In this document: piece after piece, positions 30,006-38,659 of the stretch
Layout: each line of letters opens with the position of its first letter
How positions within the stretch are numbered: position 1 is the stretch's first letter
IMG/VR virus record: IMGVR_UViG_3300033146_004404
Location: 128,001 to 192,000 of that record
Direction: 5' to 3' (one strand)
DNA length: 64,000 nt
Source of the DNA: a virus
Taxonomy: Duplodnaviria > Heunggongvirae > Uroviricota > Caudoviricetes
Position numbers and translations under genes: made by a program
The notes under the pieces: generated by a model
What the model was told of the DNA's origin: nothing
Databases searched by the model: none
Seen by the model: the letters and a program-made list of their open reading frames with translations, nothing else

Positions 30006-32396
30006 TTGAAGCTTCTTATTACTGACTCTCACATAGCTTTAGGCGGAGTTCCGGATTTGTTGATTAAGGACATAAAAGCCGAGTTCACATTTAAGGACAT
30101 GTCTAAAACTATGACAAGAGGCGGGTTTGATAAGAGGAAAGTTAAAAATGTTTGCTTTGCTGGTCAAAAAGGCAAAGCCCTCGTTTTTAGAGCTGGGTTT
30201 TTAAAGGAGCTTCTGCTTTATTTAAAATCAAGTAATGTAAAACTTGAAGAAATTCAAGATAAAAGAACAAAACTAATAACAGAAAAATATACAGATGGAG
30301 AATTACGAAAGTATTTCAATCCTGATTTTAAATATGTAAAGCATCAAATAGGATCGCTTCAGGCAATGCTTAAGACAAATATTGGCATAATAAAAGCACC
30401 AACATCTGCAGGAAAATGTTTTGGCGAAAATACTGAAATTCTGATGTTTGATGGTTCTATAAAGAAAGTGCAAAAAGTAGTTGTAGGAGATACTATAATG
30501 GGTTGGGACTCAACTCCAAGAAAAGTTTTGTCTACAACTTCTGGAGTTGATACTCTATATAAAATTAAAAACTTAAAGGGTAATGGTTTTCATATAGTTA
30601 ACAGCTCTCACGTTATTACTTTAAAAGCTACAAGAACTTTATCAAAAGAGATAAAAAAGAATGATGTTATAGACATATCATTAAAAGAGTATCTTTTAAA
30701 GAATAAAGACTTTAAAAAAGTATTTAAGTTATTTCAAGAACCAGTTATTGCTTGGCCCGAAGCGAGTCATAAGCTAGATCCATATTTTCTTGGAGTGTGG
30801 CTTGGCGATGGTAGAAGTAACGCTCCTTCTATTACTTCTATAGATAATGAAATTATCGAGTATTTATATGAATATGCAGAATGTTTTAGCGACTTAAGTG
30901 TTTCTGTTTACGAGCAAGAAGATAGATGCAATAATTATGTATTGACAGGACGAAAGAAACAGAAGAATGCTATAACAGAAGAGTTAAGAAGGCTTAATCT
31001 CATTAATAATAAACATATCCCAAACGATTTCTTGATAGATAATTTTGAGAATAGACTAAAGTTACTTGCAGGATTATTAGATACAGATGGCTATTTAGAT
31101 AAAAAGAGAGGAGTGTTTGAGTTCTCTCAGAAAAATAAAAGATTGTCAAGCGAGGTTGTTTTTTTAGCTAAAAGCCTTGGGTTTTATGCTTCTATGAACA
31201 AAGGAAAAAAGAAGTCACAAAATGGAATTGAAGGGTTGTATTATTCATTGTATATAGCTGGAGACATTTGGAAAATACCGACGAAGATAAAAAGAAAACA
31301 GGCTTCCCCAAAGATTAAAAAAAAGCATGAGCTGAAAGATCCAACGAAAATAGGATTTAGCGTTAAAAAATTGGATGAAGGTGATTACTATGGATTTACT
31401 GTCGATGGAGATGGAAGATTTATGCTTGGCGACTTTATAGTTTCTCATAATACTGAAATAATAATTGCATATTTAATGATAACTAAGCTTCCTTGTTTAG
31501 TTTTAGTTGACAGTGTTTCTTTAGCGACACAGACAGTTAGAAGGTTTACTGAAGCTGGACTTAGTTGTGGAATTTGCACTGGAAAAGGAAAGATTGATGG
31601 AGATCATGTTGTTTCAACAATAGGCTCTTATAAAAAACTTGGAGATTTAACTAGGTATAAAACTGTTATTGTTGATGAGTGTCATATAGTTGGCAGCAAG
31701 AGCTTTCAAGAATTTTTTGAATTAACAAACTATCCTTATAGATATGGATTTTCAGCGACTCCGGACGGAAATGATAAGTATAGATTTGCTACTGTTAGGC
31801 AGCACATCGGCGATATCTTATTTGAGATCTATACAAAAGAGTTGATAGAGAATGATGTAATGGCTAAGCCTGTCATAAAATTCTTGACAGTGGATTGTAT
31901 AGCTACTCCTTCGTGGGATTCAGCGTATGATAAATGTATAGTTAATAATAAAAGAAGAAATGAAAAGGTTATAGAGATTGCTGAAGAGCATAAAAATGTT
32001 CCTGTTTTAATTTTATATAAGATTATCGAACACGGAAAGGTCTTGGGAAAAAAGATTCCTAATTCAGTTGTGTTGAGTGGATCTGATAGCAATGCTGTTA
32101 GAGAAGAAGCAATAGCAAAATTTATTTCTGGTGAAATAAAATGTTTAATTGCAAGTAACATTTTTAAACAAGGTATTTCAATCAGCAATATAGAAGTGCT
32201 GATAAATGTTTCAGGCGGCAAGTCTAAAATAGAAGTATTACAGAAAATAGGTAGATCGCTTAGACTAAGCAAAGGTAAAACAACTGCTTTAGTTTATGAT
32301 TTTATGGACTTAGGGAATAAGTTCACAGAGAAGCATTCATTGCAAAGAGAAGATCTTTATAAGAAGAATGGATTTACCGATATAGAGCATTTATAA
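30006..32396 (+). CDS. uvsW: SF2 DNA helicase (UvsW-like), intein-containing
   Basis: HQ..., APTSAGK|T, VDECH, GFSATP, QGISI, QKIGRSLR. Confidence 0.85.
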   Translation: MKLLITDSHIALGGVPDLLIKDIKAEFTFKDMSKTMTRGGFDKRKVKNVCFAGQKGKALVFRAGFLKELLLYLKSSNVKLEEIQDKRTKLITEKYTDGELRKYFNPDFKYVKHQIGSLQAMLKTNIGIIKAPTSAGKCFGENTEILMFDGSIKKVQKVVVGDTIMGWDSTPRKVLSTTSGVDTLYKIKNLKGNGFHIVNSSHVITLKATRTLSKEIKKNDVIDISLKEYLLKNKDFKKVFKLFQEPVIAWPEASHKLDPYFLGVWLGDGRSNAPSITSIDNEIIEYLYEYAECFSDLSVSVYEQEDRCNNYVLTGRKKQKNAITEELRRLNLINNKHIPNDFLIDNFENRLKLLAGLLDTDGYLDKKRGVFEFSQKNKRLSSEVVFLAKSLGFYASMNKGKKKSQNGIEGLYYSLYIAGDIWKIPTKIKRKQASPKIKKKHELKDPTKIGFSVKKLDEGDYYGFTVDGDGRFMLGDFIVSHNTEIIIAYLMITKLPCLVLVDSVSLATQTVRRFTEAGLSCGICTGKGKIDGDHVVSTIGSYKKLGDLTRYKTVIVDECHIVGSKSFQEFFELTNYPYRYGFSATPDGNDKYRFATVRQHIGDILFEIYTKELIENDVMAKPVIKFLTVDCIATPSWDSAYDKCIVNNKRRNEKVIEIAEEHKNVPVLILYKIIEHGKVLGKKIPNSVVLSGSDSNAVREEAIAKFISGEIKCLIASNIFKQGISISNIEVLINVSGGKSKIEVLQKIGRSLRLSKGKTTALVYDFMDLGNKFTEKHSLQREDLYKKNGFTDIEHL
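30417..31451 (+). mobile_element. Intein with LAGLIDADG endonuclease (345 aa)
   Basis: CFGENT start; FLGVWLGDG and LLAGLLDTDG motifs; ends YYGFTVDGDGRFMLGDFIVSHN/T. Confidence 0.95.
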
Positions 32397-32401
32397 TTAT
32401 G

Positions 32402-32452
32402 AACGCTTCCAAGTTATGTAAAGATACATATATAACTCGGAAGCGTTTTTTT
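32402..32452 (+). terminator. Long hairpin plus T-tract after helicase; loop carries a late-motif variant
   Basis: AACGCTTCCAAGTTAT...ATAACTCGGAAGCGTT followed by T run; GTAAAGATAC at 32418. Confidence 0.7.
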
Positions 32453-32493
32453 GTCTTCCATATAATGTAAAGATAACATAAAGGAAAACATTA

Positions 32494-34461
32494 ATGGCTA
32501 ATTTAGAAAATATAATTTTTCAAGAACTAGAAACTGACGATATAAAAGATGCTATGCTCGTAGAAGGGGCATTGTCTTTAACTCCTATGTTGGCTTTCTA
32601 CACACTCAAAAGAAATACAATGAAAACTCTAAGAAAAGTAGAGAAAGAGACTGTCGGAGAAGCTAAGAAAAGAGCTAGAAAACTTAAAGGAAAAGCTTTA
32701 ACTGCAAGAGAGAAAATAAGAGCAAGCCAGGGATCAGCTGGTGGATCGAAAGGCGAAAACACAGTATATAAACTAACTAAAGAACAGATAGAAGTTTTGT
32801 CTAAAGTTTTTGAAAAGCATGGGCCAGAAATAATAAAAGACATAATGAAGTTTAGAAAAGAAGTTCTTGCTCCATATCAAGTAATTAAACGAACAGTTAA
32901 AAACAATAAAATGCTTACTTCTCAAGACACTTTTGGAATGACAAAAGAACAGTTCATCTCATCTCTTGAGTCAGGAAGAAGAAAGATTGAATCAAGAAAC
33001 GACAGAGATTCTAACTTTGAAGATTTTCAAGAAAGAATTGACAAGCAAGATAGAATTATACAAGATCTTGAAACAACAAGAGACGGAATTAGAGAAAAAA
33101 AAGAAATTCCACCAAGGATTTTAGCAAGAATACTTAAAGAGTATGGAGTTGGAAGAAAAGAGTTTGAACAGTTCTCTTTAAGTGATTTAAGCAAGGCATA
33201 CAACAATATCAAGAACGCTGGAGAGGAACTTGGAGAGCTAGGTGGTGATGATGACAACTCATTAGAGAAAGCTGCTGCTATAAATCAAAAAGTAAAAGAA
33301 ATAGTAGATTACAGGAAAGGTAGAGTTGCTAAAAGTGATGCGAAGAAAAGATATGAAAAAAACAAAGCTATAAGACAAGGCAAGGAATTAAATGCAGACG
33401 ACGATGGAGAAGTAAATGAATCATTAATTCTTGAATATAAAATTGACTTAACTAAGAATAAAAATTTTAGCCTTGCTGGCGGTGGTTTCAATAGTGCTCT
33501 TGGGTTATATTTTCTTAGAAAGAGCATAATAGCTGAGCTTAAGCCTGAAAGACCTGATTCTGTATATAGAGAAACTTACTTTAAAATAATCGACGAACTA
33601 ATAAAATCAACTAAAGAAAAAAAAATAGAGCTTTCAACAAAACAAGTTAAAAGTAAAGCAAGTATAGAATTTAATGAAAAAGAAAGAAAAATCTGGGAAT
33701 TAAAACCTGGAATTAAATATCAGTCTGGAAAAATTGGCGATTATATTCAAAAACTTAAAGAAGAAGATTTTTTTAACCCTGAGTATATTCATAAGTCACC
33801 TGCGTTGTTAAAAGCAGAAAAGTCAATTGAAGCAGGAATTAAAAGATTTGAAAGATCTCTTAAGAGAAAGATAGGTGATGAAGACTTTAAAGAACTTAAA
33901 AAATATAGATTAATAAATGATCTCATTGTAGTTAGTGATTTAAAATCACCAGATAAACTTTTCAAGTCGCCTGACGAAATTAGAAAAATGAGTATTGAAA
34001 AGAAAGCTGATGCATTTCTTTCAGATGAAAATTTCGAAAGAAGAATTAAGGAAATTCTTAGAGCTGAATATGATTCAATAAGAGAATTAAATAGTGCTAG
34101 AAGAAAAGCTGTTGAGCTGTTTGAAATTAAGAGAAGTCAGGACGATGGAGACATTGCTGATAAGTTTGAGGAAGTTCTTACTAAAATAAAGAAGAGAAAG
34201 GAACTTAAACCTAATAAGGTTGACAAGGGCGATGTTAACGTTGCCGATGCGGACAAAAAGATAGATATTGATGATATAGAAAAGTTGCTTGTTACGTTAA
34301 ATAAAAAAGATTATGGCAACGAAGACAATAATTATAACACAGATAATGATAGACTGAGATTGATGATCGATAAGTTTAAGAGTCAGAATGAAAAAGCTGA
34401 TGAAGAGCTTGAAGATCTTTCATTCTTACTTAATAATTTTAAGACTAAGGCGCTTAGTTAG
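32494..34461 (+). CDS. Hypothetical highly charged helical late protein
   Basis: 655 aa; late motif at 32467; AAGGA SD; LVE/VNE/ILE candidate cleavage sites. Confidence 0.65.
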   Translation: MANLENIIFQELETDDIKDAMLVEGALSLTPMLAFYTLKRNTMKTLRKVEKETVGEAKKRARKLKGKALTAREKIRASQGSAGGSKGENTVYKLTKEQIEVLSKVFEKHGPEIIKDIMKFRKEVLAPYQVIKRTVKNNKMLTSQDTFGMTKEQFISSLESGRRKIESRNDRDSNFEDFQERIDKQDRIIQDLETTRDGIREKKEIPPRILARILKEYGVGRKEFEQFSLSDLSKAYNNIKNAGEELGELGGDDDNSLEKAAAINQKVKEIVDYRKGRVAKSDAKKRYEKNKAIRQGKELNADDDGEVNESLILEYKIDLTKNKNFSLAGGGFNSALGLYFLRKSIIAELKPERPDSVYRETYFKIIDELIKSTKEKKIELSTKQVKSKASIEFNEKERKIWELKPGIKYQSGKIGDYIQKLKEEDFFNPEYIHKSPALLKAEKSIEAGIKRFERSLKRKIGDEDFKELKKYRLINDLIVVSDLKSPDKLFKSPDEIRKMSIEKKADAFLSDENFERRIKEILRAEYDSIRELNSARRKAVELFEIKRSQDDGDIADKFEEVLTKIKKRKELKPNKVDKGDVNVADADKKIDIDDIEKLLVTLNKKDYGNEDNNYNTDNDRLRLMIDKFKSQNEKADEELEDLSFLLNNFKTKALS

Positions 34462-34469
34462 GAGAGTAT

Positions 34470-35237
34470 ATGGCTTTTGTAAATGGCTTCTGGCAAGAAG
34501 AGACAATATTTGAAAAGAAGAAAACTGAAGAGAAGATAAAACTAAGACCATCTCAGGTAAACTTACAATTCCTCTCTGGAAGGCCAGCTAAGGGAACTTA
34601 TATTGTAAGCCATTCAGTTATAATTCAATCTATAGGAGCAGAACCTATTCAGTTAAGAGGTTTGAATAAAAAAGTTTATGAAGATTGCTTAATAAAGAGT
34701 ACTAAGCGGCTAGATCAGAAATACATGAAATTAACTAAGTACACAACAACAAAAGCTACGTTTGAGTTCGATGTTAATAAATGGTTAAAAGATTCTTTAT
34801 ATAATGTCAAACCAAGCAATAGAGTGTCTAGGTTTGAGCAGGTATTCAAGTTGAAAGTATCTCCACCAGAAATGATATCTTATTCAGTATCTAAGATTCA
34901 TTTTGATAAATTTATACTTAATAAATTTATGAACTATATGGATAAAAACAGAAAGAGCAAAGTTTGGTTTAAGAATTTTCTGTCTAATAAAATGTTTTCC
35001 AAAAAAAGCAGAATAATCTCACTTATGTTTGACTATGAATATAATTGGCAAGAAAATAAATTTCTTGCCAAACTTAAACCCTTATATATAATGGGTTTAT
35101 TATTTGCGGTAGGAAATACAGCGAATAAACTAAGAGGAAAAAGTTATATTAAATTTAATTTTGACAGTAAAGTTAGAAGAAAGGTAGCGAGCTACAATAA
35201 CGGATTTAACGGCTTTAAAAATAAGCGTTATTTTTGA
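34470..35237 (+). CDS. Hypothetical basic protein
   Basis: 255 aa, AGGAG SD. Confidence 0.6.
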   Translation: MAFVNGFWQEETIFEKKKTEEKIKLRPSQVNLQFLSGRPAKGTYIVSHSVIIQSIGAEPIQLRGLNKKVYEDCLIKSTKRLDQKYMKLTKYTTTKATFEFDVNKWLKDSLYNVKPSNRVSRFEQVFKLKVSPPEMISYSVSKIHFDKFILNKFMNYMDKNRKSKVWFKNFLSNKMFSKKSRIISLMFDYEYNWQENKFLAKLKPLYIMGLLFAVGNTANKLRGKSYIKFNFDSKVRRKVASYNNGFNGFKNKRYF

Positions 35238-35238
35238 C

Positions 35239-35267
35239 TTGACTAAAAAAGAATAATTTGGTATAAT
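35239..35267 (+). promoter_or_regulatory. sigma70-type promoter, copy 3 (Hsp20)
   Basis: TTGACT-AAAAAAGAATAATTTGG-TATAAT. Confidence 0.85.
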
Positions 35268-35329
35268 AAAATATATTTGCCTCGTATGAGGGAATAAAAA
35301 AAACAATAAATGCTTAAAAGAGGTTTATT

Positions 35330-35755
35330 ATGACAAAGAGAAGTTACGATTTACAAGACATGTTCGATGATATTTTTATGGACATAGCTCCAGCACTAGG
35401 TGCAACATGCATCTACCCAGCACAAAGTTTCCCGCCATTAGATGTTATTTTAGACGAGAAGACAAAAGATCTTCTTTTTAGATTCGCCATAGCTGGATAC
35501 AGCAAAGACGAAGTTGATGTTTCATTTACTGAAAACATCATGACTCTATCTATTGAGCCAAAGAAAAAAGAAAGTGAAAGAAGTTTAAAGTTCCTTAAGA
35601 AAGGAATTAAAACATCTTCAGTAAAAGCAAAGTATGAAGTTCCAGTAACGAAATACAGAGTAGATTCAACTACAGCAAAAGTTGAGAATGGAATATTAGA
35701 AATTTTCATTCCTGCACTTGAAGAAATTAAACCAAAAAGTATTAAGATAGAATAA
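35330..35755 (+). CDS. Small heat-shock protein (Hsp20/IbpA-like)
   Basis: FPPLDV...FAIAGYSKDEVDV...KGI...AKVENGILEIFIP....KPKSIKI. Confidence 0.9.
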   Translation: MTKRSYDLQDMFDDIFMDIAPALGATCIYPAQSFPPLDVILDEKTKDLLFRFAIAGYSKDEVDVSFTENIMTLSIEPKKKESERSLKFLKKGIKTSSVKAKYEVPVTKYRVDSTTAKVENGILEIFIPALEEIKPKSIKIE

Positions 35756-35777
35756 GCTGCGGGTAAAGCCGTTAAAT

Positions 35778-35808
35778 AAAAAAAGGCATCCAATTGGATG
35801 CCTTTTTT
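35778..35808. terminator. Bidirectional intrinsic terminator
   Basis: A-tract + GGCATCCAATTGGATGCC + T-tract between convergent genes. Confidence 0.85.
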
Positions 35809-35822
35809 GTTGGTTGAGTGAT

Positions 35823-36362
35823 TTAGAATACTGGTGTAGTATCGTCATCATTTCCTTTAAGTGCGTAATCGTATTTAAATGTAGCAGTACATTCAGATAT
35901 TCCATCGTCGTCGTAAGAAAGTCCTTCACCCCAAGTTATAGCTGTAGGCCATAAGTAATAAATGTTCCAAAGTCTTACGATTCCACCTGCTGGGTCTAAC
36001 TGTCCCATTGTTGCAGAAGTGCTGTACTGTGATTTGAAATACATCTGTCCAGTAATTGGGTTATAAATACTCTGCGACCAATCGTAAAGGATCTGTCCAG
36101 CAGAATTTCCACCTGCGATGTAATCATAAAAAGAACATGCAAGGTCGTTGTACGTTGGTTTTCCGGCAGTCCAGAATCTTTCGTTCAATCTCTGCTGTTC
36201 AGTTGCATTAAATGTAATACTTGGAATTGTTGCTGTGTGCATTGCAAAGCCAAGTTCTGCTGCGTCTCCACCACCTGGAACGGCTGCGAGTTGCATAACG
36301 AATCTGTTTTTCTTTATAGATTCTAATCCTGAGCTTCTACTTGTTGTTAATGATATAGCCAT
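35823..36362 (-). CDS. Tail tube protein (T4 gp19-like)
   Basis: KNRF...P.I......N....AGK..YND....FYD...LYDW...WP.....LSY......TF.YDY. Confidence 0.85.
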   Translation of the reverse strand: MAISLTTSRSSGLESIKKNRFVMQLAAVPGGGDAAELGFAMHTATIPSITFNATEQQRLNERFWTAGKPTYNDLACSFYDYIAGGNSAGQILYDWSQSIYNPITGQMYFKSQYSTSATMGQLDPAGGIVRLWNIYYLWPTAITWGEGLSYDDDGISECTATFKYDYALKGNDDDTTPVF

Positions 36363-36460
36363 TAATTTTCTCCTAATTGTAGTTGTTATTGTAATCTTAA
36401 CTTACCACGTAAATAAGATAGTTGTATAAAAAGTTATCAAAGAAAATTCATTGAGGATAT

Positions 36461-37051
36461 ATGAACAGAAAAGAATATCAAAAAAAGTATAGAGAGCTTA
36501 ATAAAGAAGAAATTACTGAGTATAAGAAGGTTTGGTATAATGAAAATTCCGCTGCTATTCTAAAAAAAAGTGCTGAATATTACCAGAGTAATAAAGAGAA
36601 AATAAAGGAGAAGAATAAAAAGCGAAAGAAGCTGAAAGAAAACCTTGATTCTAATTACAAAACAAAAGTTAATGTAGCTACTTCTATAATGACAGGGATA
36701 GCAAATCAGGAATTTAGCGATAAGCTTAGTAGGTTTCTTGGTTATTCTTTCTTAGACTTAAAAAAGTATTTAGAGGATCTGTTCGCTGAAGATATGACTT
36801 GGAAAAACTTTAGTGTAAGTCAAGTAAAGGATGGATCATGGCATATTCATAATCATATTCCAACTTATATATATAATTTTTATGATGAAAGTGACATAAA
36901 AAAATGTTGGAGTTTAGAGAACTTATCTCCTATGTGGAATAAGTATGCTAACAATACATTAAATTGGGAAATAATTAACGATATGGGCTTGTCAGAACTG
37001 TTACCGGAGATAGTCCTTGTTGAAGACATAATAGGTGATATAAAGAAATGA
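36461..37051 (+). CDS. HNH-type endonuclease-like protein, possibly degenerate
   Basis: KEY...N-terminal repeats; LGYS...LK.YLE..F...MTW.N...WHIHNHIP...CWSLENLSPMW..N; the usual HIDHI motif is altered. Confidence 0.65.
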   Translation: MNRKEYQKKYRELNKEEITEYKKVWYNENSAAILKKSAEYYQSNKEKIKEKNKKRKKLKENLDSNYKTKVNVATSIMTGIANQEFSDKLSRFLGYSFLDLKKYLEDLFAEDMTWKNFSVSQVKDGSWHIHNHIPTYIYNFYDESDIKKCWSLENLSPMWNKYANNTLNWEIINDMGLSELLPEIVLVEDIIGDIKK

Positions 37052-37332
37052 AGTTTAATACTATGGTTAAAAAGTTTGTATATTTTCTTGAGAATAAAAG
37101 GGAATATAGTGAGAAGTATGCTTCTATGATAATGGAAGAATCTACAGCGTGGAATAAGGAAGAAGTTTTAAAAGATTTGGTTAAACAAGTTGGTATTTTT
37201 GTGGAGTATGAAGAAGTGAAAGATTCTAAGGTTGATTTTAATTATCTTCCATTCTGCGAGAAGTTCAAACAAAGAGAGCTAAAAGTCTTGACAAAAAAAG
37301 AACAATATGGTATAATTACATATGATAAATAA
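37048..37332 (+). CDS. Hypothetical protein
   Basis: 94-aa ORF, ATGA-coupled to the previous gene. Confidence 0.5.
   Translation: MKFNTMVKKFVYFLENKREYSEKYASMIMEESTAWNKEEVLKDLVKQVGIFVEYEEVKDSKVDFNYLPFCEKFKQRELKVLTKKEQYGIITYDK
37288..37316 (+). promoter_or_regulatory. sigma70-type promoter, copy 4 (gp47/gp46 operon)
   Basis: TTGACA-AAAAAAGAACAATATGG-TATAAT inside the 3' end of the upstream ORF. Confidence 0.85.
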
Positions 37333-37522
37333 AGAATACGTTGAAAAGAAAAAAGAGCTAGACGACCTTGCAGAAGTAATCACTGCAGCAAAAAAAATAG
37401 GTGAATTGAAAAAAATAATTAGTGAAGAAGAAAAACTGGGATCTCTTAAAATGAATACAAAAAAAATAATAGAAGCTCAAAATAAAATGGCTACTGTTTT
37501 ACGAGAGGTGACAGATGAGTAA
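37322..37522 (+). CDS. Hypothetical coiled-coil protein (likely leaderless)
   Basis: ATG 5 nt after the -10 box. Confidence 0.6.
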   Translation: MINKEYVEKKKELDDLAEVITAAKKIGELKKIISEEEKLGSLKMNTKKIIEAQNKMATVLREVTDE

Positions 37523-38498
37523 AATATTAATCACTTCAGATTGGCATATTCAATCTGGGATTTATACAAGCATTGGGATGGACTATATTGATTATCTCTC
37601 AACGTTTTGTACAGAAAATGGCATAGAGGATATTTTTATTGCTGGCGATATATTTGAGAAATCAAGTAAGATCAGTAATGATGCATTTATTCCACTATTC
37701 TTTAAATTCATGGAGCTTAAAAAGAAAGGCTTCAAAATAACCATAGTACTTGGAAACCATGACATCTATTCAGTCGATAACGATAGCTTGGTAGAGACGT
37801 TCGCTGTGTTTGGAAAAGTATTTAAAGAAGTTGGACAAATAGAATTAGGTGGAAGAAAAATTGATTTACTTCCTTATACAAAAGATCCAAACAATATTCC
37901 TCCAATGGGAGATGTATTAATCACACATCTAAGTATTGCAGATTTTGCATTTGATAATAAATATCATGTAAGTGAAAAAGCTGGATTCTCAAGAAAACTC
38001 TTCGAGGATTATGACAAGGTATTTACAGGACATTTCCACAGACCGCAAAGCAAAGACAATATTATTTATATGGGATCTCCATATCAAATGAACTTTGGAG
38101 AAATAGATCAGCAGAAAGGATTTATTGTTTTTGATCTGGAAACAAATGAATATGAAAGACATATGTATACTGGTGCTCCAACATACAAAAGGATAAAAAG
38201 CAAAGACTATAATAAAGTTGATGTAAATAATTGTTTCGTTCAGGTTGAAATTGAAGAGAAGCTAGATAGTTACGTTCAGCTCAAACACATACTTTATGAA
38301 AAAGGAGCTATTGAAGTATCTCCCGTATTTATAGAAAATGCTGATGCAGCGGCAAAAATAAATAATGATTCAAAAATTGATGTCAATAATTCTGTTCCTG
38401 ACATGATTAAAGAGTACATAAATGACAGTATTGAAATTGAAGGTATTAAAGCAGATAAGCTTATTAAGATTTTTGATAAGCTTCTAGGGGAGATGTAG
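37515..38498 (+). CDS. Recombination endonuclease (T4 gp47 / SbcD / Mre11-like)
   Basis: SDWH, GDIF, GNHD, GHFH, Y.GSPYQ.NFGE. Confidence 0.95.
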   Translation: MSKILITSDWHIQSGIYTSIGMDYIDYLSTFCTENGIEDIFIAGDIFEKSSKISNDAFIPLFFKFMELKKKGFKITIVLGNHDIYSVDNDSLVETFAVFGKVFKEVGQIELGGRKIDLLPYTKDPNNIPPMGDVLITHLSIADFAFDNKYHVSEKAGFSRKLFEDYDKVFTGHFHRPQSKDNIIYMGSPYQMNFGEIDQQKGFIVFDLETNEYERHMYTGAPTYKRIKSKDYNKVDVNNCFVQVEIEEKLDSYVQLKHILYEKGAIEVSPVFIENADAAAKINNDSKIDVNNSVPDMIKEYINDSIEIEGIKADKLIKIFDKLLGEM

Positions 38499-38659
38499 TG
38501 AAAACAGTAAAAGGAAGAGTTAAAGCATTACCGACTTTATTTAAATATTACTTAGATGATATGATCTTTATTTCTTTGACTAATGAAAAAATATCTGTGT
38601 TTCATGATGGATCAATAAAGAGAACTATCAGTTCAAAAACAAAAGGAGCTAGAAAATAA

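Noticed and set aside
38498-38652. Small ORF between the gp47- and gp46-like genes
   Set aside because: Plausible ~51-aa ORF with GTG start but no motif or other support
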